Assembly: GCF_963676685.1 (NCBI RefSeq) | Contig: NC_092351.1 | Coordinates: 39,184,001-39,248,000, forward strand | From: Mytilus edulis | Taxonomy: Eukaryota | DNA length: 64,000 nt | Direction: 5' to 3' | In this document: in pieces, positions 38,741 through 52,534 of the stretch | Layout of the letters: each line of letters begins with the position of its first letter | Position numbering within the stretch: position 1 is the stretch's first letter | Program-made: the position numbers and the translations under genes | The notes under the pieces: model-generated | What the model saw: the letters and a program-made list of their open reading frames with translations, nothing else | What the model was told of the DNA's origin: nothing | The model's database searches: none

Positions 38741-40995
38741 ACACAGGAGATTCTGTATCATGAACAAATGGGGGGGGGGGGGTATCCTGGATCAAGAAAT
38801 GTACAATTTCTGTTTATGTATAGTTGATCATTTGTATATATTGTTCATCTTAGATAATTGTATATTTATCATTGTATATAAAAATCATTATTTTAATCAC
38901 CCCCTCCAAGGGGAAACAATCCTGTCAATTCATTTAACAAAAAAATTTAGAAGCTTTCATTATATTTAATTATTTATGCCTTCAGCGTTGAATTCAAAAA
39001 TTTATCTATGTACATTTAAAGTTTCATTTGTCTCAGACTTTCAAGCTAACAGCTACAATACATTTTTCACTATGAAAGTGCTAAATAATTTTCATCACCA
39101 TTATATTTTAATTATGAAATGTTAATGAATGTCATGTTTAAATAGATTTTATAATAAAACATGAGAAATGTTACTATTTTCTTCTTTGTAGCTCATCTGA
39201 CCCTTAAGTCCATCATGATCTTTTGTCATCACTTGGTGTTCAGCATAAATTTATAGGAGTTAAAATGCCCTAACAGATGTTATTTAGCTAAATTGAAAAA
39301 ATTAACAGCCTTATTTATGTACAAGATAGTGGAAGAGAAGCACTAATTTGTAGGCATCAACCCTCCTCTAACCCTAGACACATGTGAAACTGTACAACAT
39401 AAGAACAAACAATTAAAAATCAGTTGAAAAAGCTTTAACTTCTCAAATGAATACTAATAGAAATACATCTACCAAAAATATCGAGTGGACGTTAACAAGT
39501 ACAACATCTCGACAACAAAAAGACAGATCTGAGAGTATGTCCAGCTACTGAAAGCTAGTTTGAAGCCAATAATAACTAATATAAATAAATCATGCATCTA
39601 AGACTAAATTATCAAGCAGTACACAGCCAACTTCCAATGGATTATGTAAAACAATAAAAACAATATTCAAAGATCTAAGTACAGGGTTGAATTGGTAACC
39701 TTTTAGAATAGGTTTATTTTAAGGATAGATTCTTAATTCCTGGGCTCTGCAAAGTTTGTCACAGCAGTATAAATTCATTTCCACGCATTTGAGAAATCAC
39801 AATCAGAAAATTATAGAAATTTTAACCACAGGTTTAATTTGTATTATAGATTGTTATTTTTTGTTTTGAAGAATATCATGATTATTTCTACTGGTCATAA
39901 TTGCATTGTGCACCGTCTACTTTTGATGCAAATGATTCTTTTCTTTTTTTTTGCTCATTAGATATAAACAAATTTGTTATAAAAGGATAAGTCTCCATGC
40001 CAATCTAGAGTTCTATTTTTATTTAGAATTTGGATTGTTTTACCAATTAAAAAATTGACATTTTTATGCATTATTATTTTAATTTGTTAAGTCACTGTAA
40101 TTGATATGAGAGACTTCTCCATAATTCATACTGAAAATATGAATAATAATGTAACAAGAAAATGTTAAGATTGGAAATGATATGAGTAATAATAATTATC
40201 TTTTGTATTAATTAATGTCAATGCTATCACCTACAGCTAAAGGTTATGACATGTAATTTTAATTGGAGTATTGCTTCAAACTTGTCATATTAATTAAGTA
40301 TTGCCTATGTTTAGTATAAATATTGGTTGTAAACTTATTTCAAAATAGAACACACATATAGAGTAGGACAGTACTTCAAATAGAGACGAGAGAAAGAGAA
40401 AAACAAGTATATAAGTAGTAGGGAACTTTTACAATAAGAGTCATATTGTAATAATTGTATAGACTTTAACCATTGTTTGTAACTTTGGCTTGGAATTAAA
40501 AGATGCACATGAATAAGTTGGATATTTGTAAACTGCAAATAATTATTTTCTGTCTTTGGTGTCTTTTAAACTGAAATGATTTTTTAATGATTTAAAAAAT
40601 AAAATCATGACCCATAACATAAAGGTAGCCAACCAAGCACCATCAGCCTCATTGTTGTTTTTATTTTAGATTTTGGTATAAATACAGCATCTATGTGTCC
40701 TTAGTTTTGTCAGAAAAATATTTTATTAACTTTAGGAAATACTTCCATAAACAATCTTTGACAAAAACTGAATGTAGTCTTGTATGTCAGAAATGTAATG
40801 TCGTGTAAAAGTTGTGATCTTTTCTAAAAACAAAATATCCAGAGGAAATTGAAGATAATGATTCAAAATAGTGGGAGTGCTTACAATGATAAATTTGAGT
40901 ATTCAAATGTTTTACACTATTAGAATTGCCTTCTCTTGCATATATAAACAAATCATTTTATTTTCAGAAATATTTCAAATCAATATTAAATCAAG

Positions 40996-43900
40996 ATGGG
41001 AAGGAAAGATGGAAAGCCACGTGGACGTATGTCATCATATGCCTTCTTTGTGCAGTGTTTTAGAGAGGAACACAAGAAAAAAAATCCAACAGAAAAAGTT
41101 GTGTTTGCTGAATTCACGAAAAAGTGTGCTGAAAAATGGAGGGTACGGTTTTTGATTGCATTATTTTATGGGAATTTACTATAAGGTTTGCCTGTCCCTT
41201 GATTATATCTTCCCTTGGACCAAGGACAACTTTCTACTTAAGGAGTGTTTCCTTCTCTGGGTTTTCTTTAAAAACCTTGTCCAGGCGGTCCATATATTTT
41301 TTTTTGATATTTAGCATGCATGGTGCTGACATGAATCATAATGGTGCTTCCCATAATTCATTATTGAGTTTGAAGCATATTTTTATCTTGCCTCGAGGTC
41401 AATAGGCCTTACTTTTTTATATTTTCGTGTGGAACATTCCATTCTTTGACAGGCTTTTGATATTTGGCGCATGGATGCACCACCTCAAGACAATGTTTTG
41501 ATTTCCATAGAAGAATACCGGTACTATGTACTTGTTATCTTTATATGTCCATCTTAAAACCTAGCATATTCTTTTTTGACATGGCAAGACTTTTTTAATG
41601 CATCTAATTATTTCTCTGAGTCATGCTCTACTCATTCTATAATAAATTGTAAGATATATTGAAAAAATATGGTTTAGATCCTCGCCCTTAATCATATAAT
41701 TCTACCTAGTTGTCTGTTGCGCTGCGAAAGATATGGTAATGGTCTTATGTCTGTCCCAAGCACATCATTACTCAGAGACCGTTTGACAGAAAGCTCTCAT
41801 TCATGGTAGAATTGTTGGCCACCATATCCAGTTGACCATAATATACCAACATTTTGTGGGAGATATGGGTAGTAGGTCTCATTGGGGTCTAAGCCTGACG
41901 CGGTATTGACTGATTTTTTTGTAAGTGTGACTCGTGAAAGTCAAATTATTGTGCATGGAAATGAAGTCTGGCAGGACACCTGGAATTACAAGCAATATTA
42001 TTTCAATGATAAGCGGGATACAGGATCAGATTTTAGGCATTTATTTAAGCAAAAGAGATCAGCCAAAATTTTAAAAATGTACTACCAAGTAATCATGTAC
42101 AATTTACAACTGGGTAAACAATACCTTTAGAGATTTAACAGTCAGAGTCCACTACCTTTAGAGATTTAACAGTCAGAGTCCACTACCTTTAGAGATTTAA
42201 CAGTCAAGTCTACTACTAGTGGTGTCAATAAATCAAAATCAAAACATTCTGATTTCTAACTGTGAACTAGCTTGGACTTGCAATTTGATAGTAGTAATGA
42301 TTTTATTTGTTACAATAGATGAATATTTTTTTGTATGTAAGAATTCTGGTTTTGTTTTGTAGGAAATCAGTGCAAAGGAAAAGAGGAAATATGAAGATAT
42401 GGCAGAGAAAGACAAAGCTAGATATGAGGGAGAAATGCAAAATTACGAGCCAGGACCAGGGGAGAAGGTCGGAAGAAAGAAGAGAGATAAAGATCCCAAT
42501 GCACCAAAGAGATCCCTGTAAGATGAATGTATATGTAGTGTGGCAATATTGGCTAATTTCTGAATCATCTTCCGTTTAAATATTTGAATTACTTGTCCGG
42601 GTTAAAAATTGACAACAGGATAAAAGTGGGAGCCAGGGACTTAAAGGATTATTTGAAAATGCCTGTACCAAGTCAGGAATATGACAGTTCTTGTCCATTT
42701 GTTTTTGATGCGTTTTGTTATTTGAATTTGCCATGTGATTATGGACTTTCCAAATTGATTTTCCTCTAAGTTCAGTATTTTTGTGATTTTACTTTTTAGA
42801 TTCTTAATTTGTAATCATTAAAGTACATAAATAATTGTTGTGTAGTAAGTTTTTCTAGAGCAGCTAGAATTGTCAGTAATGTCTGATTTTTTTAGACACT
42901 TGTGTGACTAGGTGTCTAGGTCAAAAATGTTCTTCATATTTTGGCTTATTGCATTGAACATGGGTAAATCTATTGATTTTGTGGCTAAGCTGACACAAGA
43001 TGAAAAGAATTATTTTTCCTTAGCTTGATGTAAGATCAATCCAATGGCAGTAAATACATAAAATAACTATTTATTTTCTTACAGTTCTGCATTCTTTTTC
43101 TTCTGTAATGAAGAAAGACCAAAAGTAAGGAAAGATCATGGTGATTGGTCGGTAGCGCTAGTAGCCAAGGAGATGGGAAAACGATGGGAGAAACAAACAG
43201 ATAGATCAAAATATGAAAAACAGGCAGCTGCAGATAAAATCAGATATGAGCAGGTAGGTTCAGCGCCACACAACTTTAAACTATTTTTTAAAAGCCAGCT
43301 TGGTTACTTTCTGCTCTGCAATTTCTTTCAATACATTAATGAATTTTATGGCAGTGCATGCATTTCAATTTTCAATAAGGAGGGATATTCTGGAAAAAGT
43401 TATTTGTGAGGAGGGGATGGGTAGGAAATTTGGAGGGTATAACTTTTCTTGTAATCGCTATCCATACAACTTGTAAGAAATGTACTGTAAATTCTGAATG
43501 TTTTTATTGTCGTGAAAAATTTACAGAATAAGGTATTGCAAAAACAAATAACTCCTATTTTGAATTCTGAAAGCATCATTTCATTATGTAGAGCAGGATT
43601 TGCTTACCCTTGCAGAGCACCTGAAATCACCCCCTGTTTTTGGTGGGATTCTTGTTGCTCAGTCTTTAGTTTTCTATGTTAAGTTTTGTCTACTCTTATT
43701 TGTCTCTTTTTCTTTTTTAACCAAGGCGTTGTCAGTTTATTTTTCGACTTGTGAATTTGAAATCACCTTTGGTATCTTTCGCCTCTCTTTTATATACAAC
43801 ATTTACTGGAATTGCAATAATTAATATCATTTTTGACCTTTTTTCAAAAATTCCAATAATGAATACATGCAGGAAATTACAGTTAAGATTTGAAATTAAT

Positions 43901-44276
43901 GCTAACTCCTACTAGATGAATTTTCCATTTTTTGTATCTCTCTAAAAAAAAATGAACTTGTTACAACAGCAACATAGGAACAACCATTTAACATAATGAC
44001 ATTTTAATGATAAGGTAATTTCCATGTCTTGTGAAGGACTACATTCAGTGGTAAAATTTCTTCTGAATTCTTGTTACTCATCATTTTTCCATGTGGATAC
44101 TTTAATTGATCTGATTCTTCTCCCCACAGGCAATGGCAAAATACAGGGGAGGTGGTGGTGGATCTCCAGCAAAGAAACCTGCAGGACCCCCAGCAAAGAA
44201 AGCCAAGCCAGAGAGTGAAGAAGAGGATGATGATGATGAAGAAGATGAGGAAGACGACGAAGAAGATGATGAATAA
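40996..44276 (+). CDS. HMGB: HMGB copy 2 (205 aa, intact); exons 40996-41142, 42363-42517, 43085-43253, 44130-44276
   Basis: Same exon lengths (147/155/169/147), GT-AG sites, no stops; VQCFREE variant; AATAAA at 44711. Confidence 0.93.
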
Positions 44277-46392
44277 ACACAAAAGATTCTGTATCATGAA
44301 CAATTGGGGGGTATCCTGGATCAAGAAATGTACAATTTCTGTTATGTATAGTTGATCATTTGTATATATTGTTCATCTTAGATGATTGTATATTTATCAT
44401 TGTACATAAAATCATTATTTTATTCATCCCATCTGAGGGGAAACAATCCTGTCATCTTACTTTAGAACAAAATTTAAGTAGTTTTTATGATATTATAATT
44501 ATTTATACATTTTCATGATGAATTTAAAATTTAACTGTGTAAAACATTTTAAGTTTCATCAGCTTCACAGACTTGCAGGCTAACAGCTACAATATTTTCT
44601 TTTTGCTATGGAGCAATGTAAAGGGAATGACTGAAAGTGCTGTATTTTTCATCACCATTTTTGTTTTAATCATGAAATGTCAATGAATGTCATGTTTAAA
44701 TAGATTTTATAATAAAACATATTTTAACTTGCTTAATTCTTTTTTTTTAACCAAACCTGGCACCAAGGCAATTTTACTGAAAACGTTTATTAACTTTTAT
44801 TAGGAGTGATTGCCTATAAACGACTGTTTTAACAAACTATTGCCTATTGTCTTCAAAACTATAATAGGTAGAAGTTCTTAGTGGGGCCTTTATCAAACAA
44901 GAGACTTGCAAATTTGAATGAAGTGTGAATAATTTGTACCATTATGGAGAAATGTGGACTTGTCTCAGGAACTATGTTATTGAAATCCAGCTCAGCAGAT
45001 GTGGTATGATTGCCAATAAGACAACACTCCACAAGAGACCAACTGGCAGAAATTAACAGCAATAGGTCACTGTTAAGCCTTCAACAATAAAAAAAAAAAA
45101 AATCCATACTGCATAGTCAGCTTTTAAAGGCCCAGAAATCAAATGTAAAACAAACTAACAGCCTTATAAATGTACACAAAAAATGATGAAACAAGAAATA
45201 TGTAACACAGCAACAAATGACAACTACTGAATTACAGGCTCTTGACATGGGATAGGCACATACAAACAAAATGTGACTGGTGTAACAGTACATCATAATA
45301 GTCCTGCCAACTTAGCATAAATTTCACCCTAACCTTGAAGAAAATGATAAGGGAGATAACTCTGCAAAAAAGACAGAAATATCAGTGAAAATTAATACAA
45401 AATTATAATTTAACCCTTGAAGGGCCTTCTATTTAACAGAATGTATTGATTCTTGATATTTTAACCATCTTTAGAGAATAAAAAACAACTATAAAGGTGT
45501 TTTCATATTTTTAGCTCGCCTGGCCCAAAGGACCAAGTAAGCTTTTCCCATCACTTGCGTACGTCGTCGTTAACTTTTACAAAAATCTTCTCCTGAAACT
45601 ACTGGGCCAAAATCATCATTGGGGTGTCTAGTTTAAAAAATGTGTCCAGTGACCCAGCCAACAAACCAAGATGGCCACCAGGACTAAAAATAGAACAGAG
45701 ACATAGTGGTAAAATATACATTTTGGCTTATATCTCTGAAACCAAAGCAAATCTTACAAGGGGTTAAATTGTTTATCAGGTCAAGATCTATCTGCCCTGA
45801 AATTTTCAGATAGATTGGAGAACCCGTTGTAACATTGCTGCTCCTTAAATGCTAATTTCAAGGAAATTTTGCTGTTTTTATATGACCACAAACAACCACA
45901 AAATTGAAAATTTTTTGGTCATATATTGGTATCACATTGGCGTCGGCATCCCAAGACTTTTGGTTTTCGCATTATAACTTTAGTATAAGTGAATAGAAAT
46001 CTATGAAATTTAAACACAAGGTTTATGACCATAAAAGGAAGGTTGTGATTGATTTTGGAAGTTTTGGTCCCAACAGTTTGGGAATTAGGGGCCCAAATAA
46101 GGATTTTCTTGGTTATCGCACTATTACTTTAGTTTAAGTAAATAGAAATCTATGAAATTTTGACACAAGGTTTATGACCACTAAAGGAAGGTTGGGAGCG
46201 TTGGTCCCAACAGTTAAGGAATTAGGAGCCAAAAAAGGGCCATTAAAAGCATTATTCTTGGTTTTCGCACAATAACTTTAGTATTAGTAAATAGAAATCA
46301 ATGAAATTTAAACACAAGGTTTATGAACACAAAAGGAAGTTTGGGAGTTGAGGTCCCAACAGTTTAGGAATTAGGGGCACAAATAAGCATTT

Positions 46393-46770
46393 TTAACCGG
46401 ATTTTTGTGACAAAAATGTCGGTTATTGATTTGGGGATGGGCGGGCGGGCGGCAATCAAATGTTGTCCGTGCATTAACTCATGAACCGTTTAACCAAAGC
46501 TTTTAAAATTTTAATATGTTGTTACTGACAACTAAATGAAGGTCAAGTTCAATAATGGCGATTTGACTTTTACCGTTCAGGATTTATGGTTCTTGAAAGA
46601 TTGAAAAATGGTTTTTCCAGTCATGTCCGTGCATTTACGCATGAACTGTTCTACCAAAACTTCCCATATTTTAATATGTGGTTACTGATGACAAAATGGA
46701 GGTCAAGTTCAATAACGACGATTTTGACTTTTACCGTTCAGGAGTTATGGTTCTTGAAAGATTGAAAAAA
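46393..46770 (+). mobile_element. 3'-truncated copy of the 161-bp-unit HINE-like element at the duplication junction (also 53170-53720 and 59386-59762)
   Basis: Begins TTAACCGGATTTTTGTGACAAAAATGTCGG as at 14049 and breaks off at GAAAGATTGAAAAAA just before the HMGB acceptor. Confidence 0.85.
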
Positions 46771-46832
46771 GATTGCATATATAAACAAATCATTTTATTT
46801 TCAGAAATATTTCAAATCAATATTAAATCAAG

Positions 46833-49800
46833 ATGGGAAGGAAAGATGGAAAGCCACGTGGACGTATGTCATCATATGTCTTCTTTGTGCAGAGTTTCAG
46901 AGAGGAACACAAGAAAAAAAATCCAACAGAAAAAGTTGTGTTTGCTGAATTCTCGAAAAAGTGTGCTGAAAAATGGAGGGTACGGTTTTTGATTGCATTA
47001 TTTTATGGGAAATTTACTATAAGGTTTGCCTGTCTCTTGATTATATCTTCCCTTGGACCAAGGACAACTTTCTACTTAAGGAGTGTTTCCTTCTCTGGGT
47101 TTTCTTTAAAAACCTTGTCCAGGCGGTCCATATTTTTTTTTTTATATTTAGCATGCATGGTGCTTCCCATAATTCATTATTGACTTTGAAGCATATTTTT
47201 ATCTTGCCTCGATAGGCCTTACATTTTTACATTTTCGTGTGGAACATTCCATTCTTTGACAGGCTTTTGATATTTGGCGCATGGATGCACCACCTCAAGA
47301 CAATGTGTTGATTTCCATGGAAGAATACTATGTACTTGTTATCTTTATATGTCCATCTTAAAACCTCACATATTCTTATTTGACATGGCAAGACTTTTTT
47401 AATGCATCTAATTATTTCTCTCTAAGTCATGCCCTACTCATTCTATAATAAATTGTAAGATATATTGAAAAAATATGGTTTAGATCCTCGCCCTTAATCA
47501 TATAATTCTACCTAGTTGTCTGTTGCGCTGCGAAAGATATAGTAATGGTCTCATGTCTGTCCCAAGCACATCAATACTCGGGAGACCGTTTGACAGAAAG
47601 CTCTCATTCATGGTAGGATTGTTGGCCACCATGTCCAGTTGACCATAATATACCAACATTTTGTGGGAGATATGGGTAGTAGGTCTCATTGGGGTCTAAG
47701 CCTGACGCGGTATTGGCTGATTTTTTTGTAAGTGTGACTCGTGAAAGTCAAATTATTGTGCATGGAAATGGAAATGAAGTCGGGCAGGACACATGGAATT
47801 ACAAGCAATATTATTTCAATGATAAGCGGGATACAGGATCAGATTTTAGGCATTTATTTAAGCAAAAGAGATCAGCCAAAGTTTTAAAAATGTACTACCA
47901 AGTAATCATGTACAATTTACAACTGGGTAAACAATACCTTTAGAGATTTAACAGTCAGAGTCCACTACTAGTGGTTCAATAAATCAGAATCAAAACATTC
48001 TGATTTCAAACTGAACTTGCTTAGACTTGCAATTTGATAGAAGTAATGATTTCATTTGTTACAATAGATGAATATTATTTTGTTCGTAAGAATCCTGGTT
48101 TTGTTTTGTAGGAAATCAGTGCAAAGGAAAAAAAGAAATATGAAGATATGGCAGAGAAAGACAAAGCTAGATATGAGGGAGAAATGCAAAATTACGAGCC
48201 AGGACCAGGGGAGAAAGTTGGAAGAAAGAAGAGAGATAAAGATCCCAATGCACCAAAGAGATCCCTGTAAGATAAATGCATATGTAGTGTGGCAATATTG
48301 GCTAATTTCTGAATCATCTTCCGTTTAAATATATGAATTACTTGTCCGGGTAAAAAAATTTACAACAGGATAAAAGTGGGAGCCAGGGACTAAAAGGATT
48401 ATTAGATTCTTAATTTGTAATCATTTAAAGTACATAAATGATTGTTAAAGTAAGACATTTTCACAATTCAATGTGGGTATTGCAATATATTAATTTCATG
48501 TCATGCTTTGTTGTTCATTGTTGTTCATTTTGGTACTTATAAATATCAACATATAATTTCTCTTTAACCTCCTTTCCCTTAATACTGCATTATACTGGCA
48601 CAAATGAAGTCTTGTGGATTATAAGTTTTTCTAGAGCAGCTTGAATTGTCAGTAATGTCTGATTTTGTAGACACTTGTGTGACTAGGTGTCTAGGGCAAA
48701 AATGTTCTTCATATTTTGGCTTATTGCAATGAAGATCATTGAACATGGGTAAATCTATTGATTTTGTGGCTGAGCTGACACAAGATGAAAGGAATCCCAA
48801 GATAAATAATTTTTCTTTAGCTTGATGTAAGATCAATCCAATGGCAGTAAATACATAAAATAACTATTTATTTTCTTACAGTTCTTCATTCTTTTTCTTC
48901 TGTAACGAAGAAAGGCCAAAAGTAAGGAAAGATCATGGTGATTGGTCGGTAGCGCTAGTAGCCAAGGAGATGGGGAAACGATGGGAGAAACAAACAGATA
49001 GATCAAAATATGAAAAACAGGCAGCTGCAGATAAAATCAGATATGAGCAGGTAGGTTCAGCGCCATACAACTTTAAATTATTTTTTAAAAGCCAGCTTGG
49101 TTACTTTCTGCTCTGCAATTTCTTTCAATACATTAATGTATTTTATGGCAGTGCATGCATTTCAATCTTCAATAAGGAGGGCTATTCTGGAAAAAGTTAT
49201 TTGTGAGGAAGGGATGGGTAGGAAATTTTGAGGGTATAACTTTTCTTGTACTCGCTATCCATACAACTTGTAAGAAATGTACTGTAAATTCTGAATGTTT
49301 TTATTGTCGTGAAAAATTTACAGAATAAGGTATTGCAAAAACAAATAACTCCTATTTTAAATTCTGAAAGCATCATTTCATTATGTAGAGCAGGATTTGC
49401 TTACCCTTGCAGAGCACCTGAAATCACCCCCTGTTTTTGGTGGGATTCTTGTTGCTCAGTCTTTAGTTTTCTACGTTAAGTTTTGTCTACTCTTATTTGT
49501 CTCTCTTTCTTTTTTAACCAAGGCGTTGTCAGTTTATTTTTGGACTTATGAATTTGAATGTACCTTTGGTATCTTTCGCCTCTCTTTTATATACAGCATT
49601 TACTGGAATTGCAATAATTAATATCATTTTTGACCTTTTTTCAAAAATTCCAATAATGAATACATGCAGGAATTTACAGTTAAGATTTGAAATTTATGCT
49701 AACTCCTACTAGATGAATTTTCCATTTTTTGTATCTCTCTAAAAAAAAAAATGAACTGGTTACAACAGCAACATAGGAACAACCATTTAACATATAAATG

Positions 49801-50077
49801 ACATTTTAATGATAAGGTAATTTCCATGTCTTGTGAAGGACTACATTCAGTGGTAAAATTTCTTCTGAATTCTTGTTACTCATCTTTTTCCATGTGGATA
49901 CTTTAATTGATCTGATTCTTCTCCCCACAGGCAATGGCAAAATACAGGGGAGGTGGTGGTGGATCTCCAGCAAAGAAACCTGCAGGACCCCCAGCAAAGA
50001 AAGCCAAGCCAGAGAGTGAAGAAGAGGATGATGATGATGAAGAAGATGAGGAAGATGACGAAGAAGATGATGAATAA
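46833..50077 (+). CDS. HMGB: HMGB copy 3 (205 aa, intact); exons 46833-46979, 48112-48266, 48882-49050, 49931-50077
   Basis: Same exon lengths and open frame; [13 protein letters not shown] variant and A103S; AATAAA at 50512. Confidence 0.9.
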
Positions 50078-51580
50078 ATACAAAAGATTCTGTATCATGA
50101 ACAATTGGGGGGTATCCTGGATCAAGAAATGTACAATTTCTGTTATGTATAGTTGATCATTTGTATATATTGTTCATCTTAGATGATTGTATATTTATCA
50201 TTGTACATAAAATCATTATTTTATTCATCCCAACTGAGGGGAAACAATCCTGTCATCTTACTTTAGAACAAAATTTAAGTAGTTTTTATGATATTATAAT
50301 TATTTATACATTTTCATGATGAATTTAAAATTTAACTGTGTAAAACATTTTAAGTTTCATCAGCTTCACAGACTTGCAGGCTAACAGCTACAATATTTTC
50401 TTTTTGCTATGGAGCAATGTAAAGGGAATGACTGAAAGTGCTGTATTTTTCATCACCATTTTTGTTTTAATCATGAAATGTCAATGAATGTCATGTTTAA
50501 ATAGATTTTATAATAAAACATATTTTAACTTGCTTAATTCTTTTTTTTAACCAAACCTGGCACCAAGGCAATTTTACTGAAAACTTTTATTAACTTTTAT
50601 TAGGAGTGATTGCCTATAAACGACTGTTTTGACAAACTATTGCCTATTGTCTTCAAAACTATAATAGGTAGAAGTTCTTAGTGGGTTTGATAAGGCCTTT
50701 ATCAAACAAGAGACTTGCAAATTTGAATGAAGTGTGAAAAATTTGTACCATTATGGAGAAATGTGGACTTGTCACAGGAACTATGTTATTGAAATCCAGC
50801 TCAGCAGATGTGGTATGATTGCCAATAAGACAACACTCCACAAGAGACCAACTGGCAGAAATTAACAGCAATAGGTCACTTAAGCCTTCAACAATAAAAA
50901 AAAAATTCATACTGCATAGTCGGCTTTAAAAGGCCCAGAAATCAAATGTAAAACAAACTAACGGCCTTATAAATGTACACAAAAAATGATGAAACAAAAA
51001 ATATGTAACACAGCAACAAGTGACAACTACTGAATTACAGGCTCTTGACATGGGATAGGCACATACATACATAATGTGACTGGTGTAACAGTACATCATA
51101 ATAGTCCAGCTAACTTAGCATAAATTTCACCCTAACCTTGAAGAAAATGATAAGGGAGATAACTCTGCAAAAAAGACAGAAATATCAGTGAAAATTGATA
51201 CAAAATCATAATTTAACCCTTGAAGTACCTTCCATTTAACAGAATGTATTGATTCTTGATATTTTAGCCATCTTTAGAGAATAAAAAACAACTATAAAGG
51301 TGTTTTCATATTTTTAGCTTGCCTGGCTAAGTGAGCTTTTCCCATCACTTGCGTCCGTCGTCGTTAACTTTTACAAAAATCTTCTCCTGAAACTACTGGG
51401 CCAAATTAAACCAACCTTGGCCAAAATCGTCATTGGGATGTCTAGTTTAAAAAATGTGTCCAATGACCCGGCCAACAAACCAAGATGGCCACCAGGACTA
51501 AAAAAAGAACAGAGACGTAGTGGTAAAATATACATTTTGGCTTATATCTCTGAAACCAAAGCAAATCTTACAAGGGGTTA

Positions 51581-52534
51581 CAGTGAGTTGACTGTTAGTG
51601 TTGCTCTCCACCAATTGCAATTCATTCCAAATTTTGACCAAATTGCAATTTGTTTTATAAAATCAAATTGTTCAACTGGTCAGAAATTTGAACCAACTGC
51701 TGTAGAAAACTACAGCCAAGTCATGAAAGTGCAAGGTGATAAAATAAAACATACTTACAATCCTATAAGACTTTAACTCCACTTTAATGATGTAACAAAA
51801 TTAGTTTATCAGTTTGTATAGTTATATTATATTCATTTCCATGCTGAAGGGGAACTGTTTATTTTGAATTGCTATTAAATTGTCCAAACTAAGCTTTCAT
51901 ATAGTTTTTCTTTTAGAAAGAAAAACTATATGAAAGCTTAGTATAGTTTTTCTTTCTAAAAGTATTCTATATTTATAAGAATCAGACATTATGTGAATTA
52001 AAACATTTCATATTCAGTAAAATATGTGTAAAATTGCAATATATGTTTGTATGAAGTTTCCATGGGGGAGATAATAACTTTTCTTTCAAAAAGTCTTTAT
52101 TCAAAAGAATAATATTTTAGGTTATCTCCCCTGAAAACTTATCAATAGCATATTGTTATTTCACACATATTTTACTGAATATATGATGTTTTATTTAAAA
52201 TGATATCTGATTCTTATAAATATAGAATACTTTTAGAAAGAAAAACTATATGAAAGCTTAGTTTGGACAATTTTATAGCATGAAAATAGCTATAATATAA
52301 CTATACAAACTGATAAACTAATTTTGTCACAACATCATTAAAGTGGAGTTAAAGTCATATAGGATTGTAAGTATGTTTTATTTTATCACCTTGCACTTTC
52401 ACATTTTGACTGAACAATTTGTTCAATATTCTGACCAGTTGAACAATTTGGGTTAATAAAACAAATTGCAATTTGGTCAAAATTTTTGAATGAGTTGCAA
52501 TTGGTGGAGAGCAACACTAACAGTCAACTCACTG
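51581..52534. mobile_element. 954-bp foldback/MITE, Tc1/mariner-like, TA target duplication
   Basis: TA|CAGTGAGTTGACTGTTAGTGTTGCTCTCCACCAATTGCAA...TTGCAATTGGTGGAGAGCAACACTAACAGTCAACTCACTG|TA. The empty site GGGGTTAAATTG is present in the sister units (~45760, ~58785). Confidence 0.93.

Noticed and set aside
38513-38795. Antisense hydrophobic, His-rich or Ser-rich ORFs over the last HMGB exon (also near 44004, 49880, 57018, 62439)
   Set aside because: They are reverse-strand shadows of the GAA/GAT acidic-tail codons.
43600-43824. Repeated hydrophobic [19 protein letters not shown] (also 49397 and 56614)
   Set aside because: It is an intronic dispersed-repeat fragment with a TTG start, and it is largely deleted in copy 5.
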